DNA of 64,000 nucleotides from Flaccisagitta enflata (Eukaryota): NCBI GenBank assembly GCA_965153355.1, contig OZ231126.1, positions 12,028,001 to 12,092,000 of the forward strand, read 5' to 3'. Shown piece by piece: positions 15,053 to 41,608 of this stretch (position 1 is its first letter; each line of letters starts with the position of its first letter). The notes under the pieces were generated by a model. It saw only the letters and a program-made list of their open reading frames with translations, ran no database searches and was not told where the DNA came from. The position numbers and the translations under genes were made by a program.

Positions 15053-18000
15053 ATGAGCAGTTTAACTTTACTTTTGATGTGCGTCCTGCTGGCTATCACG
15101 ACTGAAAAACAGGTAAGCTCCATCTTGTTTCAAAACTAGAAATCGACTAGTTTGCAACAAATAACAAACAAGGCCAAGTGAAGGCCAATAAGTGTGCCTC
15201 GCTTGATTAAGAATTTGTGAATGAACGTTTTCGTTGAATGAATGAATGAATGAATGAATGAATGAATGAATGAATGAATGAATGAATGAATGAATGAATG
15301 AATGAATGAAAATGAATGTGGTAAGGAATGAAGAAATATGTCAGAATGAGCCGTTTTGCGCATTTTAAACGTTTGCGTGACCGACCGACTAACCGACCAA
15401 CCAACCGACCAACCAACCAACCGACTGACGGACATGACTTCTTATAGAAGTGCGATGACGCACTTAAAAAGGTACCAAGCGGCAAAAAAAGACGCACCTC
15501 TCTTTTTGATGATAAAACAGATTAAAACTTTTTTAATTGAGACATTTTCAGAAAAATCTTTCAATCTAGACCAATCCCAGGTCTGTATCTCAAACGGTTT
15601 AGGAGCTAGAGCTTCCCAAAGAGAAGCACTATTTTGCTTAAACGCATTTTTATACAGAAATTGTAAAAATGAATATGTCAAAAGGAGGCGGAATTTCATC
15701 ATTAATTTTTTATCAAATCATTCATTCATTCCTTCATTCATTCATTCTTTCTTTTATTCACTTGTACAATGTACATTAATTCATTTATTCGTTTGATCAG
15801 CTATAGAAAAAAGATGTGTGATTGTTTTGTGCAAATATCATGGCGTAAGAACATATAGTTTTTATTTTAAATAAACTTGCGTCTCCAAATTTGCAAATTT
15901 TTCATTTCCATGTGTTTATTATAAAGGAGGTTGTCGAAGCTCGAAGAAGCAATTTTGGAACTAAAAAGTGGGATCAAGCCACAATAAACAACACCTTGGG
16001 TTCCGTCAAACGGGTTCGTTTTTTAATCGTAAACCGTATTCCATCTGAGATAAGCGTCTGCCAATTCTGCAAAGAGGCAATAACAAAAAAAGTGGTACCC
16101 AGTTGCTCTGCTCAGTGCTCATTTCTAATCGGGCATCAATGGGGAGGGTTCCCTTACTTTCTCTGGCTTGGGAAATCTTCAAATATTTGCGCAAATTAAG
16201 AGTGAAATATTTTTCAGGTTTCTGCATTTAGAGAAAGAAAATAAAAGAAGAAAAATAGGGCCTTTTTTTTGGAAGGGACTTTGACGACAGTAATTCTGTG
16301 ATGCAGCACTAAGTCAAGCTCAGACTTATAGCCAAATTTGAGCAAAGAGTTTCTCTTTCTCTCTCTCACAGGACTTCCCCTTTACTGCAACAAGCGTCAC
16401 TCAACATATCCGTCGCCTTAAACGTATTCCTCGGCTTAAACGTAAAGGCGGCACCAAAACAGGTTCATTTTGTTTCTCTTGAGGGGCTCTGTCCGGTGTC
16501 GGTCGGTCCGTCTGTCCGTCTGTCCCCTCCCCTTTGCTCCGTCCGGTTTTTTGTTTTGTTTGTTTTTTTGTTGAGTTGAAACTTAAATCAGAGTCTCTCT
16601 CTCTCTCTTTCTCTTTCTCTTTCTCTTTCTCTCTGAAGAGGGAATGTTTTTTCAGAAATTTAAAGGATAGTTGTGATGGGTCCGGATTAAACACCAGTAA
16701 GAGCTCCAAAGGCTCTTGTCCTTATTATAGATATTGTTGAGTAGTAATGTTGTCCGACTTTCATACTAACAATGCCTTGTCCCCTCTTTTTTTGCGCCAC
16801 CACCACCACCACCACCACCTGCTCCCCCTGTACACCACCAGCACATTGCCACCACCGCACCGTCCCCACCATTACCGCCACCATCACCACCACCATCACC
16901 TCTACGCCACCAGCAATTGGTCATCACTGTCCCCACCACCACCATCACCACCACCATCACCATCACCTCTACGCCACCACCACTACCTTCTTCTTCACAC
17001 CACCCTCTCCACCACTTCCAAACGTCTCGCTTATAATATCATCAGCCGTCGCGGAGTGGCTCGCAACCGGCGGAATATGGCTCCTCGATCTGTTCTTAGG
17101 TTGGGGTCAGAGCAACAAGATAGCGACGATCGAGCGAAGACTCGCCAAGATGATAGAGCTTCAAGCGGAATTGAAAGGACCCCAGCAAGTCAAACAAATG
17201 ATCAATCGAATGGGAAAATGCACAAATCGTGACCAAAGCTTTATTCTACACGACACTCACGTCTTGGAGGTCTTAACCCATGGGTGCACGGGAAGGGACA
17301 TCAGGGACGTCGGCCGACGTCCCTGTATATCGGACATACATCTCTGTCGGACTTAAGCCCATGTAGAACAAGTCTCCCAAGGGCAATATGTGGTCAGCGA
17401 TACCCGTTGACCTGCTTCGCATGATTGTGAATTGGAGTGGAAGCAGGGCAGCGGCCCCAAACGGGACGAAGTCCTGTAGAACACAGGGCACTAAGAAAAG
17501 ATTATGAAAAAACTTTTTTTTCATATCAAGGCATGAGAGATCTGTTTGACAATAGTGTCGATGATGCCATCTCAGAGTCAGTCTGTGTTGAAACGGCCAT
17601 TGGATTTTCCTTTATTCAAGGCTGGGATCTGGGCCTCCGGACTAGGATTTTGGCCTAGAGGCTAGGATTTGGGCCTCAAGGCAGAGATTTGGGCCTCGAG
17701 ACTGGAATTTGGGCCTCGAGACTGGGATTTGGGCCTCAAAACTAGAATTATAGAATTTGGGCCTTGAGACTGGGATCGGATTTGAGGGGGGTGGACGGAT
17801 GGGGGACGAGAAGAAGAAGAAGAAGAAGAAGAAGAAGAAGAAGAAGAAGAAGAAGAAGAAGAAGAAGGAGCTTTACGGCAATCATGTATCGAACGTTTTG
17901 TCTGATATGAGTACCCTTTTGTTTTGGTCGCTTTTGTCCATCTGCTCGCGATTGGCATTTTTAAGGTGCGTAAATGCGTCATCGCATCTCCAAATGAGGG

Positions 18001-21000
18001 ACTATCCATCTATCCGTTGCTTTATCCATCTATACGTTACGCCTCTGCGGATGACGCATCTTGTTACCCTATCGTTGTTTCCTTTCAGTTCTTTCGCGTG
18101 TTTCCTGGCCGTGTCCCTTGTTTTGCTTGTCATTGTTCTTCAGTTGGAGAAATTGAACACTGTCGAAAATGCTTGAGATCGGAGGAGATAACTGCTGGCA
18201 AAGAACATGAAATTGGTGAGAGAGACAAAGATACACACAGACTGACAAACATAAAGAAATACAGACACATACAAACAGACTGGCAGACAGAAAGAGAAGA
18301 CTTTAAGATAAAGAAAATTACATGCAACGAGGCAAGCCAATTGATATGAATAATATTTCTGCCTGATATAACAGAGGAATGCTATCGCAATGACGGGAAA
18401 GCTTATCGTGGAAGTGTTCAACGGACGGCAAAAGTGGACCTCAGCGGTAATGCAAGCAAGCAACGTTTTCAGTCGCTCGCTGAGCAACCCTTTATGTCAT
18501 GATCTACAGGAACAGGAAATTTTGGTTTTATTTTTCTTTTTGCTTTTGATATATATTTACAATAAAAAGAATAACATAATACAATATTAAGTGGCGCAAC
18601 CAAAACAGACCCGTTAGTCCAAAATAAATGTATCTATCAGAACAAAAACATGAAACACATTTGAAAGTGTCTGTTTTTATTCACGCATTTAAAAGTTGAT
18701 AGATGAAAAAAAAATGAAAACAAGATTTATTCCCTCCATGGGGCAAAATGGTAACACAGCAGCGCAATGGTCAAGTACTTCCAGACTCTGTTCAGAGCCA
18801 ACAACGCTATTGTAAACGTGGCCATTCCTTCTTCCTCGGGCGTCTTGGCATGCCCCAAAGGCTCCCTGGGCGAATCCCCAGCATCCCAGAAAATGCCTCC
18901 TGGCATTGATTTGTGAGAATATCTTCCTCCAGCAATCATGAGTCCCAGTAATCAGTAATCAGGCAGAGTATTGTATTTCAATCGTCAGTCCAGCCTTGAG
19001 ATTTTCACGGCCCCTCTTGTTTAACGATTTCCGCAGCTGTTACCGTTATTGACGTGGTTGTTGACCTGTGATTGTTGGTGCTGCTGTTGATGTCCTTGCT
19101 GTAGCTGTTGCTGATTCTGTTGATGTCAGTGCTGCATGCTGCCCCGCTCAATCGTAATCGATCCCACTTGTAATGGAAAGAAGACAGCGGCAGACAAACC
19201 CCAACAGAAACTTGTCAAGTGGTGTTTGGTTCATCCCTATAAAAATTGTGAAGAATAGAGATACACCGGCAACGGCCTGAAAGGAACAGGCCGTTAACGT
19301 ATTGCCAGTTATACTTATAGAGGTGCTTTCTCGCACCTAAAAAATAAGTGTAATTTAGTGATCAAGCTGAAAGCTTCATGATTTAAGGTACTTACCATTT
19401 TTTTCCATTTAAAGCCCCCCCCCCCTCCAATAAACACACCCCCCTTTTTGCTTTTCAGATAAATGATCTTGATTTGTTAGAATATGAAGAATCAAATGTG
19501 CAAAAAGTGCAAACATGAAAAATAAACATAAAAAAATCACATAGATCTACTTCAACTTCTGATATTTAAATCTAAACTCATGGTAAAAACACTAGATGAT
19601 GAAGTTTTTTCAAATCAAAAGGGGTCGCTAATTTGTGGGTAAAATAATCATGATATTTTCATAATTCAAAAGCGCCCGGGGCGCTTATTAGAAAAAATAC
19701 GGTAGGTGGAGGAAAAGTTTCTTGGTAAAATTCTTTGCCTCTATTTTGTCAGAGGTCTGTATACAACTACTGAACATGGGAAAAAAAACTTTAGAGGGTG
19801 TCCCTGTTAAAACTTTTCACTAAATGGATTGACAGGGTGGTTGGAAATTAACTCGGATTGGAGAAGTGTGCAGTGTCAGGCGTGGTCAGCCCAGAAACCA
19901 CATGAACATGGAGATTCGCTGTATAGAACTAAAGATCATGATCCCAATGACCTAGTATTTGTTCCGAAATACACGCCAGAAACGTGAGTATTTCACAGAA
20001 ATTAGATGACGATGTCTTTAGAGTTACTATCTTGGAAAAAATAAAAGTCCAGGACGTTTAGTCATATTACAGCTTTGATATACATGATTTGATATGAAAA
20101 TTGGTGACCAAAATGAAGCTAATAAACAGGGTTAGCAAATGGCGCCAAGCTGAGACTCAAAGCTTTGTTCGTTTAGATTTTACATCAGAATAAATGAAAA
20201 TGTTGATTTCAGGAAATGGACACAAAATTTGAATAGAATATGAATGCATGACGTTTTGTTACAGTGTTGCTTTGATATGCAAAATTTAAAAGGAAAATTG
20301 GTGACCATTTTGAAGCTCTTGATCAGGGCTATCCATTGCCGCCAAGCAGAGACTACTAGCTTTTTTCGTTTGGGTTCTACATATAAACACTGGAGATGAT
20401 TTTAATCGGCGCGTTATAGGCCCTCTTTTTCCTTTCAAAATATTGATGTTTGACTTATTTTTGAGAGAATTTAATCAGTTATCACGGACGCTTCGCGGAA
20501 ATAAGAAAGCCAAAGGCTAAAGCAGACAGGAAAATCAATCTGGAAAATTTTCTGTTTTTTCTTCAACTTAAAAATCGAACATTGTTGCAACTAAAGATTT
20601 TCCTGACTGTTGAGGGTAGCACCTTCATTTAAGCTCTTGCAGCGGTGACATTTTGAACTGATGAGAGTAAGAATGTTGATTCTCAAAAATTGTAAACAAA
20701 TTGTGTGGAGGGATTTTACTTCAAAATGGCATCATACTCTTTACCAAGGCATGCCCTTACAGAAACAAGCAGTTTCTAAAGGTTTTCTTAAATAGTAGGC
20801 TAATAAAAATGGTCAGTATTTTATCAAATTCGAAATCAAATCATTCCTTTATCCAGCTTGGACTTTTATTTTTTCCAAGATAGTAAGTCTTTATTTGAGG
20901 GCGCGTCCGTAGGAAGGTAGAACGTTGAAAGGTGGGTGTGTCAAAAACGCTAAGTTTTGGATGAAGCCAAATCGACTGAAATAGTGATTTCTGGGAATTA

Positions 21001-22044
21001 CTGCCCCTACCCAGCCATATTAATGATATCATGTTATAACAGCTCCCATGCTGCCCATCGGCATAACTGCTTTCGCCCATCCGCAAGCGACTACTCATTG
21101 ACCGTGTTTCTGCCCTCATTTTGCGAGATTTTACCAGCAAAGAGAACAAGGCAAATCAATTGCGTTGCATTGCCAAGGGTGGTTACGGTCTGCATCACCT
21201 GTACTTTGAATAATGAATGCAGCAGCGCGTGTCTACAATAGCATCGATGACTCAGCATTCTTCAGACATTCTCTAAATTTTACTTGTCATGGGGACGGGT
21301 GTTGCAGCAGTCCTCTTATCATTTTTGTTTTGTGTGAAAATGATCAGGCCGGATACACGGCGACCAAAGTTGCGTGCGGGTGGGCAGGGGCAGTAATATT
21401 GTATGCCTACCATTTAGGCAGGGGCAGTAGTGCATGAAACGCCCAAAAACGAAACTTTACTGACCGACCGACAGACGGACCGACCGACCGATAAAGCGGG
21501 TTCTAGAGTCGCGTGCACGGCACGCGACTAAAGAGTCCATTATAGAGCTGAATTCGCCCGCCCTGACAATAGCAAGTTGATGACGAATGTTTTTGTAATT
21601 CCCAGTGACGCGTGGGCAGGACTGGAAGGATCTTTCTGTCGAAATCCCTCTGGCGCTAAACGTCCCTGGTGCTATACGCAGTCCAAAAGGAAACGTTGGG
21701 CGTACTGCGATATCCCGAAATGTGAAAATATTCCTGGTAATGGCGATCATGTACGAAAAGACGGACGTTGTGGGCCGAGATTCCTGAAGAATGGCAAGCC
21801 CGCGGAATGCGACCCCTACAGCGAGAATTCGTGCTGCAACGAGGAACGCGGAGTCTGCGGCAACACGGAAGAGGACTGCGACTGCGGAGATAAATGCGTG
21901 GATTACTGGTTGAAAAAGGAGTGGAAACACATCTTAGAAGAAAGGAAACGATACGAGAAGGAAAATCCTTTGAAAGATGGAGAATATTGGGATGACTTGT
22001 TTACGATCGTCAGCACTGAAGAGTCGATTGACGATGTCCTCTGA
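15053..22044 (+). CDS. Secreted multidomain protein with kringle and hevein/chitin-binding-type-1-like domains (~386 aa, 7 coding exons)
   Basis: Phase-compatible GT-AG exons: 15053-15112 (MSSLTLLLMCVLLAITTEKQ, signal peptide), 16372-16462, 17046-17269, 18089-18215, 18375-18446 (EECYRNDGKAYRG), 19836-19983 (CQAWSAQKPHEH..YTPET), 21606-22044 (FCRNPSGAKRPWCYT..WAYCDIPKC then RKDGRCGP..ECDPYSENSCC..CGNTEEDCDC..CVDY). Total 1161 nt in frame; AATAAA at 22094. The last three exons are strong; exons 2-4 rest on weaker donors. Confidence 0.8.
17368..17810 (-). mobile_element. HINE-like element (family 2, central 21-bp repeats), partial
   Basis: Reverse-complement match to the 3' end of the 25501-26070 element (CCCAAGGGCAATATGTGGTCAGCGATACCCGTTG..GCAGGGCAGCGGCCCC), followed by GGGCCTCGAGACTGGGATTT-type repeats. 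Confidence 0.65.
20027..20883. mobile_element. TA-TSD MITE with CTATC..GATAG termini
   Basis: TIRs CTATCTTGGAAAAAATAAAAGTCCA / TGGACTTTTATTTTTTCCAAGATAG flanked by TA; lies in intron 6 of the kringle gene. Confidence 0.8.
21345..21532 (-). mobile_element. HINE-like element (family 1)
   Basis: GGCCGGATACACGGC hairpin, GGGTGGGCAGGGGC, GACC/GACG repeats, AGTCGCGTG..CACGCGACTAAA. Confidence 0.7.
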
Positions 22045-22244
22045 TTGAGGGTCTGAGATCTCATTTGAAATATGATGACAGAAAAAAAGCATGAATAAAC
22101 TATCAGGGGTCTATATCATTATCTTTTTTTTTTTTCAACTTTTCGAGAGGCGAAAATATTCAGTCAGATGCTTGGGCATGGGGGCAGTGAGGCTATGCTC
22201 ATGAATGCCGAGGGAAGAAACCGTGATATTTAGTCAACCTTCTA

Positions 22245-22399
22245 GGTTTGTCTGCATTAATCAGCTTATTTGGATATTTTATTTGGATACTAGGATCCGG
22301 ATATTTCATATAGTAAAGTTTGTAAATTCACCATGTAGAATATCCGGATATCAATATCCAGATAGAATATCCAAATAAGATGGTGAATGCAGACGCACC
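22245..22399. mobile_element. Short palindromic MITE
   Basis: GGTTTGTCTGCATTAATCAGCTTATTTGGATATT vs AATATCCAAATAAGATGGTGAATGCAGACGCACC; no clear TSD. Confidence 0.6.
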
Positions 22400-22681
22400 A
22401 AGAATAAGCGACTACATTGAGAGAGAATTGGCCAATTGGACGAACCGATGCGATGAGACTGAGTTGCTTGTCATAGGCTGATGATTTTTTTTGTTTAAGA
22501 AACTTTTTAGTTGGTTAGCTAGTTTGCTAGTTAGTTGGTTCATAAACCTATTCACCTAGTTTGAAAAGTATAAACTAGATCAATGGTGAACAAGGCTAGA
22601 AACTAGATTAATGGTGAACAAGGCCAGACACATGTCAATTTTAGTCGGTGAGTATAGGCAGTGATGTAAGAGGCCTGTCAG

Positions 22682-23197
22682 TCGGGTGTGTCAATATGCA
22701 AAAGGTCTTTTAATCAGCTTATCATCATCAGGGAGTATGAAGACACAAATTACAAGACACTTACCGTTTTTATTTTTTTCAATTTCAATCATCTTCTGTT
22801 TTTTAGCGCGTGTAAATATTATCAAAAATATATATATTTTTAGTGACTGCGCTCAGTTTTGTTGAAATTGAGACTGATAAATCATTTAAAAATGAAAAAT
22901 TAGGTTTTTTTCTATTACCGAGTCTTCTTGTATAGAAGCAGAAGATTTTCACTAATTTTTTAAAGTATAAGGAATGAGAGAACCAATGAATTTTGATGTT
23001 TTTCCTTGTCATCAACAATCCAGGTGCAAAACCAGCAGCACTACAATATACAAATTAGGGGCTAAATGGGGATTTAGAAAAAAACGGAAGATGAATAAAA
23101 TTTGGAAAAAAAAAAATGGTGTCTTAAAATTAATGTCCCAACACTCCTTAATGATGACAATTTGATCAAAAAACCTTTTGCATATTGACACACCCGA
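22682..23197. mobile_element. MITE with 9-bp TSD (Mutator/Merlin-like)
   Basis: TIRs TCGGGTGTGTCAATATGCAAAAGGT / ACCTTTTGCATATTGACACACCCGA; perfect TSD GCCTGTCAG at 22673-22681 and 23198-23206. Confidence 0.85.
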
Positions 23198-23687
23198 GCC
23201 TGTCAGGCACTTGAACAGGAGCGGTGACGCCGAATAAACTTGTTGCAAGACAAATAAACTGATGCATGATGGACCAACGAACTGACTGGCGGATGGAAGG
23301 ACAACAAAGTGGCTAATATAGTTGCGTAGAAGGTGACTTATACTGCAAAAAAAGACATTCTTATAAGAATTAAGATAAGATTTGGCGTTTCGAGGCGTTT
23401 ACGATGCTTTGAGCGTGTCCCGGCTCCTCGTCTGGCAGAAAAGGCTTAACATTTCTTTGGCTAAGACAGCCAAAGATCTGCCCTGGGGCTCAACCTCCGA
23501 AATTCAAGAACGGTTCACCACCATTTATTTTAGCCTCCACTCATCCTCTTGTCCGAAAAGGGCCAACGGTCATCTTATGTTCCATCTATTTGATTTTATC
23601 AGACTACGCAATGCACGCTGACTAACATACACACACGTTTGCGCGCGCTCACCTATAGACAAACACAAACACACGCACGCACACATA

Positions 23688-24424
23688 CTATCTAGGCGGA
23701 AAAAAATCTTTCGTCCTGAAACAAAAACATATTCAATTGCGTAAAAATGCATACAAATCAATTACAAATACAACAATAATTAATGTGAGCTCCCTTTGAC
23801 TGAATCAGAGGAGCCATTTGTTTCGGAAGCGATTTGTAGAGCTGTTCGAGTTACACAGGAGTGAAGGCTTTCCAGATCTTTCTCGTGATTTTTTTTGTCT
23901 ATTCTTTGCTACATTTAGACACACAGCTTTCAAAAGAATCATCGAATCATAGAAAAATCGGTGACTTAAATGAAGCCCTTCGAATTTGCAAGCTGGCAAC
24001 GCAAATCGCATCTGTCTAGCCAAGGCGTTTAGAAGTAATCAAAACAAGGCCGGATACACGGCAATCCAGTCGCGGACGGTTGGGCAGGAGCAGTAATGCG
24101 AAAACCGCTCGGAATTCAAAAATGTGACGGACGGACGGACCGACCTACCGACCTACCGACCGACACGGTAAGGTGTAGAGTCGCGTGTCCGCGACTAAAA
24201 AGAGTGAAATGATATCATAAGAAGATTGTGGAGAAATAGCAAAAGTGAAACTGAAACATTTCAATGAAAGTTGAATAGCTTTTTAAAGCATAGAGCTAGA
24301 AGGATGCGGTTTGCGGCAATCTCTTGCAAGAGCTTTATTAATCTCACCAATTTTTTGATGATTGGTTGATTCTAATCTGAGATATGCATGTTAACGCACC
24401 GAAAGATTTTTTCCGCCTAAATAG
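23688..24424. mobile_element. TA-TSD MITE (CTAT..ATAG termini) inserted in a (CA)n tract, containing a HINE at ~24042-24201
   Basis: TIRs CTATCTAGGCGGAAAAAAATCTTTCG / CGAAAGATTTTTTCCGCCTAAATAG flanked by TA. Confidence 0.75.
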
Positions 24425-24455
24425 TACACACACACATACACACGCGCGCGCACAC

Positions 24456-24632
<177 letters not shown>

Positions 24633-24845
24633 TACTTTTTTCGACATTCTTGGAAGAATCAATCGGCAAACGAACCGGTAGACCGAATAGCTGATTGGCG
24701 TGCTGATGAGACGGACAAACGACGGACTGAATGGCTGTTTGAGGGCCAAAACTTCTCTCACAAAGATCTAGAGACGTGAATATCGAATGCAAAAAAAAAT
24801 TAGAAAGACTCATCCTAGGACCTTTGTTTTCTACGCCTCATTACA

Positions 24846-39017
<14,172 letters not shown>

Positions 39018-39373
39018 TTTGGCTGCCAAAGGCACCGGCTTATCAAGGATGTTGATTTGAAAACAGGTCACTCAGTTTTAATTTATTGTCGTTGTTGATA
39101 AAATCTCATGTTGAATTGTACGACATGAAAACACAATTGGGACAAAAGAATGTTGAGACTTTGTTTCATTAACCCTTTTTTTGTTATCTCGGCTTTCTTA
39201 AATTATAACGATTCCATAATTCATCCAATCTATCGTCCGTCATTTGGAATTTTAACAAAGAAATTGCGGGTTAAACTTGAAGCTGGACGGGCAGAAAAAG
39301 ATCGGCCAGATTGAAGAATAAACAGGGAGAAAAAGAAAGAAGGCAAAGGAGAAAGTGAAAGATGGAGAAAGGA

Positions 39374-39429
<56 letters not shown>

Positions 39430-39658
39430 AAACTATTTGCGAATCCAAGACAAGGGTTTTATGAACCAGATGAGAAATGATAGAAAACTGTCACCAAAAA
39501 GGCGTCAGTTTCGACCTTCATATTTTGGTCTGCTGATCTGTGTGTCTGTCTCTCTGTCTGAGTTAGTCTGTGATTATGTCTGTATGTGTGACTTTTTAGC
39601 GATCTAACTGTTTTACTACCCGTTTATGTAATTGTCACTCTGTCACTGTCGTTTTGTC

Positions 39659-39716
<58 letters not shown>

Positions 39717-39902
39717 CTGTCCTCGAAAATTTTCCTGTGGCCTAATTTCGAAAATTAATTTTGGCCTGATGGTGAAAATTTTTTTTTCTCCATTAGGCCA
39801 ATTTTGATTGAAAAGTTATGACTTGGATACAAAAAATCTATGCGCCTAAAAGAGAGAGAGAGAGAGAGAGAGAGTAAGAGAGAGAGAGAGAGAGAGAGAA
39901 AG

Positions 39903-39933
<31 letters not shown>

Positions 39934-40449
39934 GCCTGAAAAACAGAGACAAAGGGTGGAACAGTAAGAGAGATTAACAGTAATAAATATAAGGAAAAAA
40001 GAAGGCAAAAAAAAAAAAACTAAAAAAAAAAAACTCACTGCTTAAGCAAAAATGCCTTAATGACCTTTTTTATCACTGCATCTACTTGTATCCACTCTTG
40101 TTATTTTTATATATTCATAAAAAAAAATCATTGTTAGTAACAAAACTTACATTGCCCTTTCATCGATTTTTAAAAAAAATTATAATTTCTTTAGTTTAAA
40201 ATATTTTTACAATATCATTTTTTAATTTTTTTTTATTTTCAAAAACTAATCTATAAAAAAAAACAACACTTCATCGAGCAACAAAAACACTTAAAATCAA
40301 CTAAAAACAGTTTTTCTTTCACATTTATTTCTCTCATGCCTATTTTTTTGTTTTTCTCTCTATTTGTATCTTTACCTTATCTTGTTTTTTCTCTTAATTT
40401 TTTCTTGTCTTTCTTTGTCTCTGTCATCTTTTTTTTATTTGTTTATCTT

Positions 40450-40496
<47 letters not shown>

Positions 40497-40903
40497 AAAT
40501 TCCTCTTTGTTCCCTTCTTTATCTTTTTCTGCATCAGGCCACATTTAGATAAAAATTTTCACCTTGAAATTAGCTTGATAGTGAAAAAAATATTTTCTAC
40601 ATTAGGCCAATTTCTGATGAAGATATTTTCGCCATTAGGTGTTTTCGCCATTAGGAGATACACCCCTCTCTCTCTCTCTCTCTCTCCTGTGTGTCAATGC
40701 CATTTGCGATTTCAGACTATTTTTAATCCATTTTGATATCATTAAGATTTTTCTTTCTTTCCTTCTTTCTTTCTTTTGGCCTCAATTTTGAGTCACTGGA
40801 CTTGAATCGGTTTCATTCTTTTGACTTGGTCGCGGACGCGTAATTCTCTGTGATTGTCATAAAGTGAAATGAATTGGTGAAAGTGAGAGAGGAAGAAAGA
40901 GAA

Positions 40904-41090
<187 letters not shown>

Positions 41091-41467
41091 AAGAAAGAAA
41101 TAAAGATAGAAAGAGAGACACAGACAGACAGACAGACAGCCTGAGTGAATATTGTGTGTGGGATGTGTTGAAAGGAGGAAAAACGGAAATAAATATGATG
41201 GATTCGTTTTAATGATCTAAAAAATGCATTTTGAAAAAAAGGGGTGAATAGAAATAAACGGGGTATCAAAGCAAAGTTGTTCCTTTTTTCCGTATTTAAG
41301 TCGTTGCGTGCTTCATTATTTCGTATCAAAGTTGTTCTTCATTTGTTGATTTGGTATCGTGGCTGTCCCTGGCAATGTCGGAAGCCGAGCTGCCAACTAT
41401 ACCATCAACTATGCCCCGGGCCATAACTCAAACAATGTCGACCATCCCACTACCCTGGGTAACATAT

Positions 41468-41608
<141 letters not shown>

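Noticed and set aside
16656-16696. Possible extra exon (NLKDSCDGSGLNT) in the kringle gene
   Set aside because: Splice phases are not compatible with the neighbouring exons without a stop.
16747-17045. Poly-His/Thr/Pro ORFs
   Set aside because: A (CCA)n-rich tract that falls in intron 2 of the kringle gene model; only the part after the 17045 acceptor is treated as coding.
39720-40665. Possible MITE with GGCCTAAT/GGCGAAAA subterminal repeats inside (CT)n
   Set aside because: Termini and TSD could not be defined.
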